This document shows positions 1-8,377 of a DNA stretch of 32,000 nt, in pieces; position 1 is the stretch's first letter, and each line of letters starts with the position of its first letter. Source of the DNA: Microcystis aeruginosa NIES-843 (lineage in GTDB: Bacteria; Cyanobacteriota; Cyanobacteriia; Cyanobacteriales; Microcystaceae); contig NC_010296.1 in assembly GCF_000010625.1 (NCBI RefSeq), positions 1,680,001 through 1,712,000 of the forward strand, read 5' to 3'. The position numbers and the translations under genes were made by a program. Below the pieces are notes generated by a model, which was given only the letters and a program-made list of their open reading frames with translations, was not told the DNA's origin and made no database searches.

Positions 1-577
1 CAATCAAAATATACTGATGACCAGCAACTTTTTTATTGTGCCAACCACAGCGGATTTTTTCTCGGTTATGGCTATCGATTCTTTAACTAAAATCTTGCCT
101 AAGTGGCACCAATGGGCTAAGGCAGCTAGTGCTTTACCAATTCTCAAAACAGCCAACTATCCCTTTCCCGAAGTTGACCTACATTTTTTGGGAACTATTG
201 TTCAGAAATATCGAATCATAGGTGGCCAAGAAACAAAAGCTTTTCAAAACTGGATTAACACAATCGAGGAAAATATCGGCAATAAAATGATTCCAGCTTT
301 AGAAAGAACTGGCATGATGCTACCGAAATTTATCTACGATCAGAATGGTGTACCGGCTTGCTGTACTCTAGTAAAAATACCTGATTTTAATAGTCTTATT
401 GCCTTATCTCAAGAGCATCAAACGCCCGTTTTTGCGCTAACTGCTGAACAATTAGGATGGCAAGGTACAGTGTTAGATCAAGCCCAAGAAAAACAACAAA
501 AATTTAAAGATATTTTTTCTGACTTAGCAGACAAAGTTATCGGTCTTACCTCCGAGATTTATGCAGTTAGCCATTGA
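1..577 (+). CDS. ParA/Soj-like ATPase, C-terminal part (5' end lies left of the window)
   Basis: The frame of ORF 17..577 stays open to base 2, so the window edge truncates the gene. FFIVPTTADFFSVMAIDSL resembles the segment after Walker B in ParA/MinD-type ATPases. The TGA stop at 575-577 overlaps the next gene by 17 nt. Confidence 0.5.
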   Translation, partial: NQNILMTSNFFIVPTTADFFSVMAIDSLTKILPKWHQWAKAASALPILKTANYPFPEVDLHFLGTIVQKYRIIGGQETKAFQNWINTIEENIGNKMIPALERTGMMLPKFIYDQNGVPACCTLVKIPDFNSLIALSQEHQTPVFALTAEQLGWQGTVLDQAQEKQQKFKDIFSDLADKVIGLTSEIYAVSH

Positions 578-1322
578 ACAATTTCGCCTTAGTCTTGCCC
601 GCGTTCGTGACTTGATCGCTATCCACAATTCCCTCAAATCTCAGACTACTTCCGCCCTAGATGTATCGGATATCCTCAGAGCCGCTTTAGTCCTGACTGT
701 GAGCGCTTTAGATTATTATATTCACGAAGTGGTTACTCTAGGAATGCTAGAAATTTATCGAGGCCAACGTTCAGAACCTTCTCCCACTCCTAACAGTTCT
801 CAATCTGCCTTTTCTCGTTTTCAAGTCTCCTTGAATGGCGCACGACAAGAACGATTGATAGCTATTAGTATTGGCTCTTGGTTAGAGAACGAAATTCAAC
901 AAAACTACGGTTCTTTTTTTGATCAAGAATCTCGCTCAATTTCCGAGGTACTACCAATGATTGAAAATCTCCTCACCAACAAACTTAATAGTAATTATTG
1001 GCTAGAGACTGAAATTAGAGAAAACCTCAGATATAAAAGCTTTCAACAACCGGACAAGATAGCGGAGGCCATTAGATTAATTTCAGCCAAGAAATTGTGG
1101 GAAGAAGTGGCCAGCAAACTAAATAAACCAGCCAAAGATATTAAAAGCCAACTTAGCATAATTGTTGATCGAAGGAACAAAATCGCCCACGAAGCTGATA
1201 TAGACCCGAGTTATGGCATTGGCAGTCGCTGGAATATCGATGAAAATCTCGTTAATGATGCCGTTACCTTTATAGAACAGCTTGTTGAAAATATCCATCA
1301 GGTACTTGAGGACATCCACTAG
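561..1322 (+). CDS. HEPN-like protein with Rx4H motif (putative RNase; resembles the cyanobacterial MAE_28990/MAE_18760-type HEPN family)
   Basis: 253-aa ORF that appears mostly alpha-helical. The C-terminal RRNKIAHE (nt 1173-1190) gives R-N-K-I-A-H, the HEPN Rx4-6H catalytic signature. The ATG at 561 overlaps the upstream ParA-like gene. Confidence 0.6.
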   Translation: MQLAIEQFRLSLARVRDLIAIHNSLKSQTTSALDVSDILRAALVLTVSALDYYIHEVVTLGMLEIYRGQRSEPSPTPNSSQSAFSRFQVSLNGARQERLIAISIGSWLENEIQQNYGSFFDQESRSISEVLPMIENLLTNKLNSNYWLETEIRENLRYKSFQQPDKIAEAIRLISAKKLWEEVASKLNKPAKDIKSQLSIIVDRRNKIAHEADIDPSYGIGSRWNIDENLVNDAVTFIEQLVENIHQVLEDIH

Positions 1323-1469
1323 CCGAGAATTTCCCCGGCAGTCCAGCCATCAATACTTATTGATTTCTCAGGGAATTATAACAATTATTAAATAATGTGT
1401 AGTTTTGTATACTGATGTCAAGAACTTAGCTACAATATCAAGTGGCGTAAGATATATAGAGATTAGCTA

Positions 1470-3188
1470 GTGAGTCGGCATCAAGACAGTCAAACTGACC
1501 GGAAACGAGAAGAAACACAGTTCACTCCTTACAGTGCAGAAGCGATCGCTCAACAATACCGTTACAAACCTTGGCAATTGTTTGGTCGCGCTTTCGTGAT
1601 TATTTGGTCTTTAGGATTATTTCTGCTCAGTCTCCTCTGGGACAAATGGACAAAGCAAGAAGAAGCCAATAAATACAGGCGTGCCAGCGAACTTAGGCAA
1701 ATTCTCACCCGTTTGGGTCCGACCTTCATCAAAGTCGGTCAAGCTCTCTCTACCCGTCCCGACCTCGTTCGCAAAGACTTTTTAGACGAATTAGTTAAAC
1801 TGCAAGACCAACTTCCCCCCTTCGATAACGACGTCGCTTTTGCCCTTATCGAGACAGAATTGGGGATGCCTGTAGAAAAAGCCTATCGAGAAATATCCCC
1901 CACCCCGGTAGCTGCCGCTAGTTTAGGACAGGTTTACAAAGCGATACTCCCCACCGGTGAAGAAGTAGCCGTTAAAGTGCAACGGCCCGGGCTGCGGGCG
2001 CTTTTAAGCCTCGATTTATACCTAATGCGCTGGGCCGCCCAAAAATTCGGTCGTTTATTACCCCTCAATCTCGGCCACGACCTCACCCTGATTGTCGATG
2101 AATTCGGCACCAAACTCTTTGAGGAAATCGACTATCAAAACGAAGGTCGCAACGCTGAAAAATTCGCCACCAACTTCCAAAATAACCCCGAAGTTAAAGT
2201 TCCCAGTATCTACTGGCGTTATAGTGGTCGCCGCGTCCTCACCCTAGAATGGATTGATGGCTATAAACTCACCGATACCGAGAACATCAAAGCTTTAGGA
2301 TTAGACCCCAATAATATCGTTAAAATCGGCGTCACCTCCGGATTACAGCAACTCCTCGAACACGGCTTTTTCCACGCTGATCCCCACCCGGGTAATCTTT
2401 TCGCCACTTTTGATGGTCGCATGGCCTATATCGATTTTGGCATGATGGACCAGTTAGAGGAGGAAACTAAAGAAACCCTCGCTAGTTGCGTCGTCGATTT
2501 AATTAACAAAGACTACGAAAACCTGGCCAGCAACTTTGTCAAACTGGGATTTTTAACCCCAGAAACGGATATAAAACCAATTATTCCGGCTCTAGAACGA
2601 GTTTTAGGCAATGCCATCGGTCAAAGGGTCGGTGACTTCAATTTCCGCACCATTACCGATGATTTCTCCGAATTGATGTACGAGTATCCCTTCCGGATTC
2701 CCGCCAAATTCGCCCTGATTATTCGTTCCCTCGTCACCCAAGAAGGTTTGGCCCTCACCCTCGATCCTAACTTCAAAATCGTCCAAGTGGCCTATCCCTA
2801 CGTTGCTAAACGTCTCCTGACCGGGGAATCACCCCAACTGCGGCGGCGTTTACTGGATGTCCTGTTCAAAGACGGTAAATTCCAGTGGCAACGCCTAGAA
2901 AACATGATTACAATGGCTCGCTCGGAAAGTAACTTCGATTTACTGCCCACCGCGCAATTAGGCATCACTTTTCTTCTCTCGGAAGAAGGTCGTTATCTGC
3001 GTCGTCAATTGCTATTAGCTTTGACGGAAGATGACCGTCTCCATACTGCCGAAGTGCAACGTCTCTGGGGTTTAATTCAAGGAGAATTGCAACCGCGGCG
3101 ACTCTTGGATGTGGCCATGAGCGCTTTTCGGGAATTATCGTCCCAAGGTGTGGCCGCTGTCCTTCCGCGAGAAACCAGTTCGCGTTAA
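1470..3188 (+). CDS. ABC1/UbiB (AarF) family atypical protein kinase
   Basis: 572 aa with a GTG start. Family-typical motifs are LGPTFIKVGQALSTRPDLV, AAASLGQVYKA and FFHADPHPGNL. Confidence 0.9.
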   Translation: MSRHQDSQTDRKREETQFTPYSAEAIAQQYRYKPWQLFGRAFVIIWSLGLFLLSLLWDKWTKQEEANKYRRASELRQILTRLGPTFIKVGQALSTRPDLVRKDFLDELVKLQDQLPPFDNDVAFALIETELGMPVEKAYREISPTPVAAASLGQVYKAILPTGEEVAVKVQRPGLRALLSLDLYLMRWAAQKFGRLLPLNLGHDLTLIVDEFGTKLFEEIDYQNEGRNAEKFATNFQNNPEVKVPSIYWRYSGRRVLTLEWIDGYKLTDTENIKALGLDPNNIVKIGVTSGLQQLLEHGFFHADPHPGNLFATFDGRMAYIDFGMMDQLEEETKETLASCVVDLINKDYENLASNFVKLGFLTPETDIKPIIPALERVLGNAIGQRVGDFNFRTITDDFSELMYEYPFRIPAKFALIIRSLVTQEGLALTLDPNFKIVQVAYPYVAKRLLTGESPQLRRRLLDVLFKDGKFQWQRLENMITMARSESNFDLLPTAQLGITFLLSEEGRYLRRQLLLALTEDDRLHTAEVQRLWGLIQGELQPRRLLDVAMSAFRELSSQGVAAVLPRETSSR

Positions 3189-3224
3189 AGTGTTTAAGGT
3201 CATCATCGGTTAATCACTTTTTCT

Positions 3225-3602
3225 ATGGATTATTATTTTCTGCCCCAACCGCCCTATTTTCTAGTTTTTGCCGGTTTATTTATCGGTATTACCTGCGGGG
3301 CCGCTTTTGAAGCTAGTCTCAAGCAAGTGGTTAACAATTGGTATAAAAATAAGGGTTCAGACGATCAAAATCTTTTAAAATCTAGTTCCTTACAAATTCC
3401 TTTTATCGGTATTTGTGTAGGAATCTGTCTTTTCCTTGCCTCGGGATTAGATATATTTATTCTCAATGGTTGGGTTGCCTACGCTATCTCTCTCCCGATG
3501 ACTATCTTTATCGGTGGTTTGGTTTGGAGTCAGTTAGGGGAATTATTAGGCCAATTACAGCGCGGCGGTTCTAAAGAAATTGACCTCGATTATCGGGGAT
3601 AA
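3225..3602 (+). CDS. small integral membrane protein, unknown function
   Basis: 125-aa ORF with 3-4 hydrophobic segments and no competing ORF. I recognise no family. Confidence 0.55.
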   Translation: MDYYFLPQPPYFLVFAGLFIGITCGAAFEASLKQVVNNWYKNKGSDDQNLLKSSSLQIPFIGICVGICLFLASGLDIFILNGWVAYAISLPMTIFIGGLVWSQLGELLGQLQRGGSKEIDLDYRG

Positions 3603-3731
3603 TTAGGAGGCAGCAAACATTTAGGACTAAGAGAATAGGTGTTAGCAGATAGGAAAGATCAACTACCCCACAACTAACACCAAACCCCTAGTTATACCCA
3701 ATTTCCCAGCTATTTTGGCCCGCGATTTTAG

Positions 3732-5069
3732 ATGCAAAAACCTTTAGCATGGCATTGGCGATCGCTTCCTCTGCATCAGCGCACCGGTTCCGAGGTTTTT
3801 GCCTGCTTATTCTCCCAAGATGCGATCGCTACTTTACTAGAAAGTCCCTATCCGGGTAATTCCCTCTCCCGTTACTCTCTTTGTGCTGGTTCCCCGCGTC
3901 AGCTTTGGACCCCCGCACTAGGGGAAATTTTACCCTTTTTAAGCAGTTTACTCCCCCAAACCCGATCTGATGTTCTTCCCGATCATCTTCCTTTCCATGG
4001 TGGTTGGTTGGGGTGGTTAGGCTACGATTTAGCTTGGGAAATAGAAAAATTACCCGACAGGAAAGCTGATACTCTCCCTTTTCCCGTCGCTTATTGGTAT
4101 GAACCGGATAGTTTTGCCATTCTCGATCACCAAGCACAAATTCTCTGGTTAGCTGCCAGCAAACCCGAAGATTTAGATAAATACGAACAATCTTTAACCA
4201 CTAACCCCGATTTTGAGTTTATCGATCCCCATCCCTCTCCCTTAATCTTTTATACTTCTCAACTCGACTACGAAAAAGCTGTTAAAAAAGCCTTAGATCA
4301 TATCAGAAAAGGTGATATTTTTCAAGCAAATTTATCCCTAAGATTTCAAAGCACAACTAAGGCAAAAGGATGGCAAATTTATCGCAGTTTACAACAGATT
4401 AACCCTTCTCCTTTTGCCAGTTATTGGCGCACCCCTTGGGGAGAAATGATTAGTTGTTCTCCCGAAAGATTGGTAAAATTAGAAAGGGGAATAGCCAGCA
4501 CTAGACCGATCGCTGGAACCCGTCCCCGGGGTAAAACCGAGGCACTCGATCGACAATTGGCCGAGGAACTATTAACTAATAAAAAAGAGCGGGCCGAGCA
4601 TATTATGCTAGTGGATCTAGAACGTAATGATCTAGGTAGAGTTTGTGAATGGGGATCGGTTGATGTGGATGAATTACTGACGATCGAGCGTTATAGTCAT
4701 GTTATGCACTTGGTCAGTAATGTTCGAGGAAAATTAGATAAAAAGTATCATGCTATTGATTTAATTAAAGCTCTTTTCCCCGGGGGAACAATTACCGGTT
4801 GTCCGAAAGTTCGTTGTCTAGAAATTATCGAAGAATTGGAACCGGTGCGACGCAATTTATTCTATGGTTCCTGTGGCTATATTGACCTACGAGGTCATTT
4901 AGATTTGAATATTCTCATCCGTACCCTATTAATGACTAATCAAGGGAATTTAAACACCGTTTGGGGACAAGTGGGAGCGGGAATAGTTGCCGATAGTGAT
5001 CCCGAAAAAGAATGGTTAGAATCCCTTCATAAAGCTGAGGCACAATTAATCGCTTTACGTTCTTTTTAA
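3732..5069 (+). CDS. pabB: chorismate-utilising enzyme, anthranilate/aminodeoxychorismate synthase component I family (likely PabB)
   Basis: 445 aa with motifs RPIAGTRPRG, ERYSHVMHLVS, GTITGCPKVR and GAGIVADSDPEKEW. It is shorter than a typical TrpE. The PIAGT (not PIKGT) motif leaves the PabB versus TrpE choice open. Confidence 0.75.
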   Translation: MQKPLAWHWRSLPLHQRTGSEVFACLFSQDAIATLLESPYPGNSLSRYSLCAGSPRQLWTPALGEILPFLSSLLPQTRSDVLPDHLPFHGGWLGWLGYDLAWEIEKLPDRKADTLPFPVAYWYEPDSFAILDHQAQILWLAASKPEDLDKYEQSLTTNPDFEFIDPHPSPLIFYTSQLDYEKAVKKALDHIRKGDIFQANLSLRFQSTTKAKGWQIYRSLQQINPSPFASYWRTPWGEMISCSPERLVKLERGIASTRPIAGTRPRGKTEALDRQLAEELLTNKKERAEHIMLVDLERNDLGRVCEWGSVDVDELLTIERYSHVMHLVSNVRGKLDKKYHAIDLIKALFPGGTITGCPKVRCLEIIEELEPVRRNLFYGSCGYIDLRGHLDLNILIRTLLMTNQGNLNTVWGQVGAGIVADSDPEKEWLESLHKAEAQLIALRSF

Positions 5070-5121
5070 TTTTTGATTTCAACAAACTAACCTATTGTTG
5101 CATCTAAAACCGCTCTTTTTA

Positions 5122-5233
5122 AGTACCTAAGCAAAATTAATTACACATATCTAACTACCTCTTGCATGAGTGCCTTTTGCATGAGTGCCTTTTGCCTATC
5201 CTAACCAAGAAATTAATTTGGCACGACTACTTA
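5122..5233. mobile_element. MITE-like repeat, copy A (imperfect terminal inverted repeats; internal 15-nt tandem duplication TTTTGCATGAGTGCC x2)
   Basis: The same element occurs at 12538-12627, split at 19172-19227/19541-19561, and as a fragment at 22287-22316. The ends AGTACCTAAGCAAAATTAATT and AATTAATTTGGCACGACTACT are inverted with 15 of 21 matches. Confidence 0.6.
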
Positions 5234-5287
5234 CTTTTTACCTTATCTGCTATTTTGTAGGATAGCTTCCGATCTTGAACCCTATTC

Positions 5288-6253
5288 ATGAATCAAATTT
5301 CTATCGCTGTTACTTTTTTTCTTAGTTTAGTCTTGACCTCGCTTCCCTTTTTACTTTTGGGGACGGCCGTTTCCAGTTTTTTGCTGGTTTTCGTCAATAA
5401 ACAGCGATTAGCGGCGATATTTCCCCGTAATCGAGTCTTAGGAGCGATCGTTGGCAGTGCCATCGGATTAATCTTACCCGTCGGACAATACGGCACGATT
5501 CCCGTCGCTAGAAGATTCTTATTAGAGGGAGTACCCCCAGGGGTGGTGTTTAGCTTTCTCACCGCTGCACCTACCCTAAATATCGTCACTCTTTGGCTAA
5601 CTTGGCAGACTTTCACCTATTCTAGTATTTTCTTCTATCGATCGCTTTCGGTCTGGTTAATGGCAATTTTTATCGGCACTCTCTTTAGTTTCTATCGGGA
5701 AAAACCCCGCACAGATAGCGAAATTCCCCTAGAATCAAGTTTAGTTCTTTCCGGTAGTTTTTTACCGGAGGAAGCAGCCAGTCAACCCCTGCAAAGAGTC
5801 GGCAGTCTTGTTTATGAGTATAAAACTAGAGATAGGCAAGCTTGGCCAATTTCTGTGCAGTTATTTCTCGATAACTTTATCGATGAAGCACTGGAATTAG
5901 GGGGATTATTAATTATAGGCTGTGCGCTCTCTAGTGTCTTTCAGCTATTATTACCTCAGAGTCAATTAATTGCCTGGGGGAATACTCCCGCTACTCAAAT
6001 TCTCGTGCAGTTGTTTTTTGGTTTCACTCTCGCTGTTAATGCCAGTCTTAGCACTTTTGTCCCCGGTTCTTTAATTACTAATCTGTCCGTCGGTTCCACT
6101 CTAGCTTTTTTACTGGTCGCTTCCCTCATTGATATTAAAGCTTTTATCCTCCTCCTATCAGCTTTCCGTGCTAAAATCGTCCTTTATTTCGGAATTTTAT
6201 GCCTGTTAATGAGTTTTTTAGTGGCTCTGATCCTCAGTTTTTATCTAGGTTGA
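5288..6253 (+). CDS. polytopic membrane permease (ArsP/DUF318-like predicted permease)
   Basis: 321 aa with about 8 hydrophobic helices in two halves joined by a hydrophilic linker, typical of the 'predicted permease' family. Confidence 0.7.
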   Translation: MNQISIAVTFFLSLVLTSLPFLLLGTAVSSFLLVFVNKQRLAAIFPRNRVLGAIVGSAIGLILPVGQYGTIPVARRFLLEGVPPGVVFSFLTAAPTLNIVTLWLTWQTFTYSSIFFYRSLSVWLMAIFIGTLFSFYREKPRTDSEIPLESSLVLSGSFLPEEAASQPLQRVGSLVYEYKTRDRQAWPISVQLFLDNFIDEALELGGLLIIGCALSSVFQLLLPQSQLIAWGNTPATQILVQLFFGFTLAVNASLSTFVPGSLITNLSVGSTLAFLLVASLIDIKAFILLLSAFRAKIVLYFGILCLLMSFLVALILSFYLG

Positions 6254-6264
6254 ATTCCTTCCGG

Positions 6265-6397
6265 GTCAAAAAATTTTTCTCTTGACAAAAGCCCCTTGAC
6301 ATGATATTATATTCATAATGGAAAATCCGTGCGCCTACAAGCCCTATTTTCCCAAGCATTTAAACTCTAGCTCATCTTAATTCTGCTTGCCGGAGTT
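6265..6397 (+). repeat. direct repeat DR-1 (about 130 bp) with near-consensus sigma70-type promoter and two stem-loops
   Basis: Nearly identical to 7050-7179 (3 substitutions and a 3-nt A/T-run length difference). Promoter: TTGACA 6282-6287, 17-nt spacer, TATTAT 6305-6310. Stems: GGAAAAT/ATTTTCC 6320-6326/6346-6352 and CAAGCA/TGCTTG 6353-6358/6384-6389. Confidence 0.85.
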
Positions 6398-6445
6398 GCG
6401 ACAACATAGCTTTATAGTTCTCACTCCACCCACCTACTGAGAGGT

Positions 6446-6700
6446 TCAATAAGCATCTTTTCGATGAATGCTACTCAATATGATAATCAGCATTTCTTGA
6501 TCTTGAATTTTGTAAATGATGCGATAATCCCCGATTCTAATTCGGTAGGTTTCATCATATCCTTTGAGTTTCTTGACTCCGCTAGGACGAGGTGTATCAG
6601 TAAGTAGTCTAATGGCAGTAATTAAGCGTTCGCGTTGTTGTTTGGGTAAGTTGTTTAGTTGTTTTTGAATGGGTTTCGGAATAATAACTCTGTAGTTCAC
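6446..6700 (-). CDS. relE: RelE/ParE-family type II toxin (mRNA interferase)
   Basis: 84 aa. YRIRIGDYRIIYKIQDQEMLIIILSSIHRKDAY is the typical RelE/StbE C-terminal core. There is a 4-nt overlap with the upstream antitoxin ORF. Confidence 0.85.
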   Translation of the reverse strand: MNYRVIIPKPIQKQLNNLPKQQRERLITAIRLLTDTPRPSGVKKLKGYDETYRIRIGDYRIIYKIQDQEMLIIILSSIHRKDAY

Positions 6701-6906
6701 GCTTGAGTTGCCTCATATTCTTCGAGGGTTAGATAGTCTCCTGCTTGATAAGCTGATTCAGAAGCGATTATGTTAGCTTGCTCTTCTTCTGTAATTTCTA
6801 TTGCAGTATGTCGTTCTTTGATAAAGAGCAAAAAGTCAAGTAATTCAGTCAAAAGGGTGTCAGGTGTCTGCTCGATTTCTTTAATTAGTTGTTCTTTGAG
6901 TGTCAT
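6697..6906 (-). CDS. type II antitoxin partner of the RelE-like toxin
   Basis: 69-aa acidic ORF immediately upstream of the toxin and overlapping it, the classic TA arrangement. Confidence 0.75.
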   Translation of the reverse strand: MTLKEQLIKEIEQTPDTLLTELLDFLLFIKERHTAIEITEEEQANIIASESAYQAGDYLTLEEYEATQA

Positions 6907-6910
6907 AGCT

Positions 6911-6938
6911 TTATCAGTTATCAGTAATCAGTTATCAG
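6911..6938. repeat. heptamer tandem repeat (TTATCAG/TAATCAG x4)
   Basis: Read directly. Same heptamer family as 22174-22211, 29129-29171 and (inverted) 29836-29873. Confidence 0.9.
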
Positions 6939-6996
6939 TGATTAATTCCATCATAGTCGATGATTAGGTGGTGGGTTACTGGACTAGGTAATAGGT

Positions 6997-7024
6997 GTAG
7001 GGGTAATTCATGAATTACCCCTAC
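6997..7024. repeat. 28-bp perfect palindrome GTAGGGGTAATTCA|TGAATTACCCCTAC
   Basis: Read directly. It lies between the TA cassette and DR-2. Confidence 0.9.
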
Positions 7025-7049
7025 AATTGGCTAGGTTTTTCTGGATGTT

Positions 7050-7179
7050 GTCAAAATTTTCTCTTGACAAAAGCCCCTTGACATGATATTATATTCATAA
7101 TGGAAAATCCGTGCGCCTACAAGTCCTATTTTCCCAAGCATTTAAACTCTAACTCATCTTGATTCTGCTTGCCGGAGTT
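7050..7179 (+). repeat. direct repeat DR-2 (copy of 6265-6397) with the same promoter-like core
   Basis: TTGACA 7064-7069, 17-nt spacer, TATTAT 7087-7092. Both stem-loops are conserved. Confidence 0.85.
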
Positions 7180-7287
7180 ATGGTGATAAGAAAGGATTAT
7201 CGAAGAAAGGCAGTACACTATAGGCCACTACCGATTACACCAGGTGCAATGTAGGGGCGCAAACATTGCGCCCAAAATTTAACCCGT

Positions 7288-8023
7288 TTAGTTGTCCTGT
7301 TTATTCGACTTGTTAGATTTAGCTAGGTTGTGCTTGAAGAAAGCACCAAATCCTAATACACCTAAGCCGAAAATTGTGCTGGGTTCAGGTACTGCTTGAA
7401 CTGTCACGCTAAAACTTCCAGTGTTGCCTTTCCATCCAAAACCATCCATTGGACCCAGGAAGAGGCGAGTTGCACCAGTAGGAACGATGAAATTCTGCAC
7501 AGCACCAGTGCCGGTTCCTGTCAGTCCATCGCCAATGAAGAAAACTTGCTTAAGTTGTGGAGCTAACGAAGAAAAATTAAGTCCAATTGAAGAAAAGTTA
7601 AGAGCTGCAGGTGCAGAAGTCGAATCTGGCTGGCTGTTATCTAAAAAGACACCGACAAGAGAATTAATCGGAGCGGTAATATTGGAAATTCCATTTTGAC
7701 TCCCAGGCGAATGGCTAATAAAACTTCCCCCATCTGGCGTAGCAGTGGGTGGGGGTAGGAAGGGAGTATTGCTGACTGCCCCGGTCACGGAGAAATTGAG
7801 CGTTTGTCCTGGAATAAGGGAAAGTCCCGACACTTGTACAGGAGATTGAGCGGGAGCAGCATCTATGAAGGAAGCTGTAGAGCCATTTGGCATCCCTGCC
7901 AGCCAAGGATTAGATTCGCCAGCAACCGTAATAGTTGCCGCTTGTACTCCACTGGCGACGGAGAGACTGATAAGTATTGTCCCCCCCCCCCACGAAGTTT
8001 TTGATTAGTTTTGCTAATGTCAC
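7288..8023 (-). pseudogene. PEP-CTERM-anchored secreted protein, reading frame interrupted by a G11 homopolymer (C11 on + strand)
   Basis: ORF 7288..7893 ends in VPEPSTIFGLGVLGFGAFFKHNLAKSNKSNK (PEP motif, TM helix, basic tail) but has no signal peptide. AGGAGG (8038-8033) plus GTG (8023-8021) opens MTLAKLIKNFVGGG..., which stops at 7912-7910. Deleting one G from the run fuses the two frames and yields a signal peptide (...ILISLSVASGVQA|ATITV). Confidence 0.75.
7981..7991. repeat. C11/G11 homopolymer tract inside the signal-peptide codons of the PEP-CTERM gene
   Basis: Counted directly: 7981-7991 are all C, flanked by T (7980) and A (7992). Confidence 0.95.
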
Positions 8024-8377
8024 AACTAAATGCCTCCTAAAAGTGTTGTTGCGCTTGAAATTGCCCAGTAGTTTACCAAAAATGACCGGCGTTGTCAAGT
8101 TTATTTATGGCGCGTCAGAGCAGACTTGACAACGCTTTAAGAGCAAGGCTTTCGTTGTGTCGCAATTCATTCTTCATATTCTGATCTGACAACGCCAAAA
8201 TTTAGGCACTTTTTCCCTGAAAATTAGGTAATTGACCCCCTGAAAAACCCTACACCCCACACCCTGCCCCCACCAAGAGACTTTTTCAGCAAACCATATC
8301 TAAGCGGGAAAAATCCCTTTTATGTAGTCTGTGATACTGTTTTTGGGATTGAGATCGTCTAAGGTCAAGGAAATTGC

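Noticed and set aside
1119-1319. 66-aa minus-strand ORF inside the HEPN gene
   Set aside because: It lies fully antisense to a longer, motif-bearing ORF, has low-complexity I/F/N-rich content and has no RBS context, so it is likely spurious. The same reasoning applies to 2604..2786, 3829..4137, 5293..5616, 11840..12130, 12149..12331, 13579..13797, 25170..25358, 27369..27620, 27685..27921, 30148..30444, 31354..31665 and 31374..31655.
6770-6967. 65-aa plus-strand ORF opposite the antitoxin gene
   Set aside because: It is serine/cysteine-rich low-complexity sequence antisense to a well-formed TA operon and runs into the heptamer array, so it is not credible as a gene.
7255-7273. Hairpin GGGCGCAA-ACA-TTGCGCCC as the terminator of the PEP-CTERM gene
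   Set aside because: It is a good 8-bp GC-rich stem 15 nt past the stop, but neither strand has a following U-tract. It may be a dispersed repeat or an RNA-stability element, so I did not call it a terminator.
7421-8098. ORFs 7421..7699(+), 7715..7906(-), 7804..8004(+) and 7910..8098(-) as independent genes
   Set aside because: They all overlap the PEP-CTERM locus. 7910..8098 is better explained as the frameshifted 5' part (RBS, GTG, signal peptide) of that gene. The others are alternative-frame artefacts.
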